A stretch of 50,681 bases of DNA from an uncultured Eubacteriales bacterium (GTDB lineage Bacteria > Acidobacteriota > Aminicenantia > Aminicenantales > UBA8522), in assembly GCA_964408495.1 (NCBI GenBank), contig CAYOZW010000002.1:388-51068 (forward strand), given 5' to 3'. This document shows, one piece after another, positions 46,298 through 50,681 of this stretch. The notes under the pieces are model-generated. The model saw only the letters and a list, made by a program, of their open reading frames with translations, ran no database searches and was not told where the DNA came from. Within the stretch, counting starts at the first letter, position 1. Each line of letters opens with the position of its first letter. The translations under genes and the position numbers were made by a program.

Positions 46298-49200
46298 CTA
46301 CTTGATCGTCAGAACGTGGCCGGCCGAATAGGCGGCGAACTCCGGCGCGTACATGGATTGGAGGGTGGCCGGGGCGGCTTTGAATGTCCCGGCCATGGCA
46401 CAGCGCAGCCGGTGCTTCAGAGTGTACTCTCCCTGGGGCAGCCATTCGACAAAAAAGTTCGTCCCGCTGTCCCGGATCTCCTCGTAGCGGACAATCCCCA
46501 GGTCCCATTTGTACCCGGACGTAAGGGTCACCGGCTCGCAGCCGGACGGACGCGGGTCGCGGAGATGCACGTACTCGGCAGGGTGACGGGCCCGGATCGA
46601 AAGTTGGACTTCGAGCTCATCGCCGACGGCAAGAGGGGCGCCCTCCGCTAACGGCTTCAGGACGACCTCGTCTCCCCTTTTCGTCCGGAGGAAGTAGCTC
46701 CGCTCCACACCGAAAAGGTCTCCCTCGCCCTTCTCGGGCATCTTCTCGGTGCTGAAGTGCCAGGTGGCGGAAGCAAAGGCGATTCCCTTCCCTTCTTTTT
46801 GAACCCGGATAGTCGCGCACTCCGAACTGACCTTCTCGCCGGGGATCACCACCTGGTTTTTCTTACCCGTATATTTATCCGGCTCGAAAACGAAGGTTGT
46901 CTGGGTGTTGCAAGCGTCCACAGCGATCGATTCCCGGACTCCCAGCGCACCCGTCTCCTTCAGGAAATAGGCGACCGAATAGATCACCTCGGACGTCGCC
47001 CGGGTGGATTTCCAGTGGTTGAGCTTCTTGTTGAGAAAGAGCCACTGGACGAGGCCCTCCGAGCGGGCGTCCTTGGGTTCGAGCTCCATCAGGGTCCGCA
47101 GGGCGAAGGCGTGCGTCTCTATCGTGTCGTTATACCAGAGCCAGCCGCGGTCCTCCGGAGCCCAGGACGTCCCTTCGTCGGGTGTGGTCTTCGCCGAATC
47201 CATAACACTGTCCCAGACGAGGGCGGCATCCTTGGGCCTCGCTGCACGCTTCAAGGTGAGGGCCAGGTAGCCTTTGAGGTAGGGAGAGTGTTTCTTCCAG
47301 TGACGGAAGGAGAAGTCAAGCATCTGCCGGCGCTCCTCATCCGTAAAAACATAGCCCGTCCAGGACGAATCAGGGAAATTGCTCAGCGCATAGTTGAGGA
47401 AGGTGACGAACTCCCAGCCGGTGTCCAGAGCCATCAGCCGCTTGACGATCTCATCGATGTAATGCCGGTGGAGGTAATCGAACGCCCGGACGATCGGATC
47501 CTTGGGCACCTCGACCCCGAACTCGAGCGCCTTGGAAAACCCATGGACGATATAGAGCGTCATGTAGGGCGATGGGGGACCTCCCGGCCACCAGGGGAAT
47601 GCGCCCAGGGAAGTCTGGGCTTTCAACAGCTTAGTCAAGGATGCCTCTCTCTGGACTTTGGCAACCCTCGGGTCGAGGACTTTTTCAAGTCCATACCCGG
47701 CATCCTTGCCGCCCTGGGCCGTGATGAGCCAGGGTGTTTCCTCCATCGACATCTTCCGGTTGGGGTCGGCGGAGTCGAATGTCTCATAGACTGTATCGCG
47801 CTTGCTCAGCGCTTCGGCCATGCGGGCCACCTGCGGGTAGCGGTCATAGAGGCTCGTCAGAATGCCCGTGGAGAGGAAGCGGTTGAGCGTTTGCTCCGTG
47901 CACTCGTAGGGATAGTTGATGAGGTATGGGAGGGCCTCGAGCAGGCCGTAGAAAAGCTGGGCATCCACGGTGACCACGAGCTGTTCGTTGATCCGGGTTG
48001 GGTCATCGTCCTTGGCCAGGTCGGGAAACCTCAGCTCCCTCGCTGCGCCCTCTTTGAGTGTCACGAAGCGGGATTGAACGAGGTGCATCCGGCCGGGGAG
48101 GACGGGAAGAGGACGGAGCTCGCCGTCGGAAAAGGCCCCGGCGCGGGCCATGACCTTGAAGGCCACCGTCCCGACGCGCGCCGGTGCGGCCAGATCAAAC
48201 GTGACCGCCGTTCCCCCTCCCGCTTTCACGGTGAAAGGAAGCGCGGGAACGCGGGCGGGAAGTCCGAAGGCGGGCGCCAGATTTTCGTTGGTGACGGGAT
48301 CAAAGACCTCGAGCGCCACCGAACCCGTGAGGCTCTCCTCTCCCGCATTGTTGACCACCACCCGGAGCTCCGCTTGGTCGCCTTCCCGGAAGAAGCGCGG
48401 CAGGTACGGTCGGACCATGAGCTCCTTGACCGAGCGGGCCTCTTTTTGCAGCGTTCCGCCCATGAGGTCGCGGGTCACGGCATGGACAAAAACACGCCAG
48501 CCGGTGACCGAATCGGGCACGGTGAATTCCACCGTCGCGGAGCCGTCCGGACCTGTCAAGAGATGAGGCTGCCAAAAGGCCGTCTCATCGAACTTGGAAC
48601 GGAGCGGGACCGGTTCCTCAGAGGGCTGAGGCTCTCCGCTTCCCTTCTCTTCGTCTTTCGCCAGGGCTTTATCGGCCGCGAACTCGTTTGCAGCCTCTTC
48701 CAGTCCTTCGCTCGGGCGGGCCGCCTGGGGAAGTGCCATTTCTTTCCGGACTCCTCCTATAACTCCGCCCATGACTCCGCCCCGGACTCCAGGTCCGCCG
48801 ATGCCGTAGCGGCCGAGTTCGATGAGATAGGCCGGAACGAAGGTGGGGTAGCCGGGAATATTCACCCAGCCGAACTCTTGGCTGTAGACGCGGTGCGCCT
48901 GTCCCAGCGAGGCCATCCAGGACGGAGATCCGGCTTGACTGGGGTAGATGCTCAGGACGTGAGGCGGGAAATGGCCGGCGAAGATATCCAGGCTGCGGTC
49001 ATACATGTAGGCCAGGAGCTCCGCCGCTCCTTGGACAGCCGGCTCTCCGGACGGCGTTTTGACGGTCACACGCCAAACCTCCCTGCCTCCGGGTGTGAGT
49101 TTATCCCGGAAAGAAGAAAAGGAAAGATCCAATTGTTTGTTATCCCAGGGAACGTAGATATTGGCCGCCTGGCTGATGAACTGATGGTCTTTGAGTGTCG

Positions 49201-50681
49201 TTACCCGGACGCCAAAGCCTCCCCGCAGCTTTTCCGTGACCGGGATTTCGAGGACGGCGCTGTCTTTGCCGGCTTCCATCCAGCGCCGCGCGCTCAGCTC
49301 GCCGTCTTTGAACGTTTCATAAAGGAGGGGCTGGCCTTTCCAACCGCTGTGAACGAGAAGTTGCACCGTCTGGCCGACCGTCGCGGTCGTCTTTTCGGCT
49401 GCAAGGAGGAGTGGAAGTCGCGCCGCGGCCTGTTTTTCTGTGACAAGGAAATCCAACCGTTCCCGGCAGACAGCTCCGAAATCGTCCTTTGTTTCATAGA
49501 GAAGCCTGAACGCGCCGGCTTCCAAAGTTGCGATGGAGATTTCGGCTTTGCCTGTTTGATCATGCTCGACGCCACCCTTGGCCTTTTCCGCCCCCTCTTT
49601 CCAGAGATAGAGGATAGATTCCGGAGAAGGGGCCGGTTCCCAGCGCGGCCGCAAAAGGTCGCCGGGGGTCAGGTAAGGTTGTGATTCCTTGTCGAGTTCA
49701 ATCTCGGGAAGCGGCTGGTCGGCGGGAAGGAGTGTCGTCTCCGGCTGGATAAGCCTGACCACCCGCCATGTTCCCTTCCCCGGCTTGGGAGTGCCGTTTA
49801 GGTCCATGCGGGTGATCGTGAAGTCGCATGGCTTATCCGTCTGGAAAAATCCAAGGGCTGCCGTGGCCCGGCCTTCGACACTCACAAAACCGAGCCGGAA
49901 GGAGCGACCGGCCGACCGGGTTTCGCCGCCCTCGTCGGTGACATCGACAGATAGGGCGTAGTTATAGGTCAATCCGGAACCAGGCCCGCCCTTGCGCTCG
50001 TCGGCCCGCGGCGTGAAGTTTATCTCAAACGTTCCGTCTTCCTTAACAGCACTCCGGCCGCCGGCGATGATTTGAGTCTGTCCGTTGCCAGAATGCCGCC
50101 ACCACCAGCGGGGATAGACGGGCGACCTGGATACCTGCCAAACCGCCGTCCCTGAGGCGACAGGAAGCCCGAAGTAATAGCGCGCTTCGCCCTTCAGGGT
50201 GGCGGGACGGTTCAGGCGGAGGGGTTTGTCCGGATCTTTTACCGTCACTTCAAAGGTCGGCCTCTTATACTCCTCGACACGCACCATGGACTGGCCTTCC
50301 GGGCTGGCTTGCAGGCGCCAGGCGCCAAGCGGCCGGCCGGCGGGGGGGATCACGAACTCGCCGCTCGCGGTCCCGAATTCATTTGTCGTCTGGACGGCCT
50401 CTGCCACCCGCTGGCCGTTGATGTCCACAAGCCAGACTGCGGTCGAGGCATTCACGGCCGGCTGGAACCGGCCGAGGTCCTGGCGTCCCTTGTAGGCGAG
50501 GATCTTCCAATAGATCTTCTGGCCGGGCCGGTAGATGCTCCGGTCGGTGTAGATGAGCGACCTGGACACGGTCTCCGGCCCGGGTCGTGCATACAAATAG
50601 AGGTAAGTGGATTCGAGCACGATGTTTCGCCCTTTCCTGGCCAGGAGAAAGAACGGCCCGGACGACTGCTTCCGGGGGGCG
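46298..50681 (-). CDS. Bacterial alpha-2-macroglobulin family protein with intact thioester, 5'-partial (runs off window end)
   Basis: The frame stays open from the track start (50620) to the window end. MG-domain-like repeats are present. The thioester CTEQ (YPYECTEQTLNRF) is encoded at 47891-47902. A Gly-rich/acidic bait-like insert lies around residues 600-675 of the track ORF. By my hand count, printed positions beyond about 47.9 kb may be offset by 1 nt from the track. Confidence 0.9.
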   Translation of the reverse strand, partial: APRKQSSGPFFLLARKGRNIVLESTYLYLYARPGPETVSRSLIYTDRSIYRPGQKIYWKILAYKGRQDLGRFQPAVNASTAVWLVDINGQRVAEAVQTTNEFGTASGEFVIPPAGRPLGAWRLQASPEGQSMVRVEEYKRPTFEVTVKDPDKPLRLNRPATLKGEARYYFGLPVASGTAVWQVSRSPVYPRWWWRHSGNGQTQIIAGGRSAVKEDGTFEINFTPRADERKGGPGSGLTYNYALSVDVTDEGGETRSAGRSFRLGFVSVEGRATAALGFFQTDKPCDFTITRMDLNGTPKPGKGTWRVVRLIQPETTLLPADQPLPEIELDKESQPYLTPGDLLRPRWEPAPSPESILYLWKEGAEKAKGGVEHDQTGKAEISIATLEAGAFRLLYETKDDFGAVCRERLDFLVTEKQAAARLPLLLAAEKTTATVGQTVQLLVHSGWKGQPLLYETFKDGELSARRWMEAGKDSAVLEIPVTEKLRGGFGVRVTTLKDHQFISQAANIYVPWDNKQLDLSFSSFRDKLTPGGREVWRVTVKTPSGEPAVQGAAELLAYMYDRSLDIFAGHFPPHVLSIYPSQAGSPSWMASLGQAHRVYSQEFGWVNIPGYPTFVPAYLIELGRYGIGGPGVRGGVMGGVIGGVRKEMALPQAARPSEGLEEAANEFAADKALAKDEEKGSGEPQPSEEPVPLRSKFDETAFWQPHLLTGPDGSATVEFTVPDSVTGWRVFVHAVTRDLMGGTLQKEARSVKELMVRPYLPRFFREGDQAELRVVVNNAGEESLTGSVALEVFDPVTNENLAPAFGLPARVPALPFTVKAGGGTAVTFDLAAPARVGTVAFKVMARAGAFSDGELRPLPVLPGRMHLVQSRFVTLKEGAARELRFPDLAKDDDPTRINEQLVVTVDAQLFYGLLEALPYLINYPYECTEQTLNRFLSTGILTSLYDRYPQVARMAEALSKRDTVYETFDSADPNRKMSMEETPWLITAQGGKDAGYGLEKVLDPRVAKVQREASLTKLLKAQTSLGAFPWWPGGPPSPYMTLYIVHGFSKALEFGVEVPKDPIVRAFDYLHRHYIDEIVKRLMALDTGWEFVTFLNYALSNFPDSSWTGYVFTDEERRQMLDFSFRHWKKHSPYLKGYLALTLKRAARPKDAALVWDSVMDSAKTTPDEGTSWAPEDRGWLWYNDTIETHAFALRTLMELEPKDARSEGLVQWLFLNKKLNHWKSTRATSEVIYSVAYFLKETGALGVRESIAVDACNTQTTFVFEPDKYTGKKNQVVIPGEKVSSECATIRVQKEGKGIAFASATWHFSTEKMPEKGEGDLFGVERSYFLRTKRGDEVVLKPLAEGAPLAVGDELEVQLSIRARHPAEYVHLRDPRPSGCEPVTLTSGYKWDLGIVRYEEIRDSGTNFFVEWLPQGEYTLKHRLRCAMAGTFKAAPATLQSMYAPEFAAYSAGHVLTIK

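Noticed and set aside
46757-49684. 975-aa ORF antisense to the alpha-2-macroglobulin gene
   Set aside because: It is a shadow ORF with the same R/G/P/E-rich, low-information composition. The opposite strand encodes MG domains and the CTEQ thioester.

Overview
This is a 50.7-kb, gene-dense, high-GC (about 60% in sampled lines) chromosomal segment. It comes from a diderm bacterium, since it carries an OM porin, lipoprotein-type signals and Sec and Tat signal peptides. The family mix resembles uncultivated FCB- or Acidobacteria-like lineages, but I cannot assign taxonomy from the sequence. All family calls are my own motif reading of the supplied translations; no searches were run. I support about 36 protein genes and 3 probable pseudogenes or remnants. 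I saw no rRNA, tRNA, CRISPR array, transposase, integrase, reverse transcriptase or recognisable defence gene.

Main themes:
1. The window is dense in exported sugar-oxidation enzymes: four Gfo/Idh/MocA oxidoreductases (three with twin-arginine signals), a HEAT-array::DUF1080 protein, an exported fusion of a C45 Ntn-hydrolase to a xylose-isomerase-like TIM barrel, a second exported Ntn hydrolase, and a GH27 alpha-galactosidase.
2. There are three paralogous CBM9-like/DUF5916 outer-membrane-type proteins. One sits in an operon with an SSS symporter and an OprO/P-type porin. One lies behind a tyrosine phenol-lyase gene. One is split by a single in-frame TAA.
3. There are two about 800-aa duplicated MacB/FtsX-type permeases, with no ABC ATPase anywhere in the window.
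4. Remaining genes include an amino-acid/peptide salvage group (FGase-family amidohydrolase, LD-carboxypeptidase, APC permease, class I aldolase), rsgA, a tandem thioredoxin-fold protein, TetR plus a membrane-anchored beta-lactamase-family hydrolase, and a 5'-partial thioester-containing alpha-2-macroglobulin.

I do not see a clear-cut new system such as a defence island. The best candidates for something undescribed are the periplasmic oxidative-glycoside gene set with its unusual fusions, and the DUF5916-centred envelope modules. Smaller observations include promoters placed for leaderless translation, a perfect 16-bp operator, structured repeat elements, gene remnants and a missed micro-ORF.
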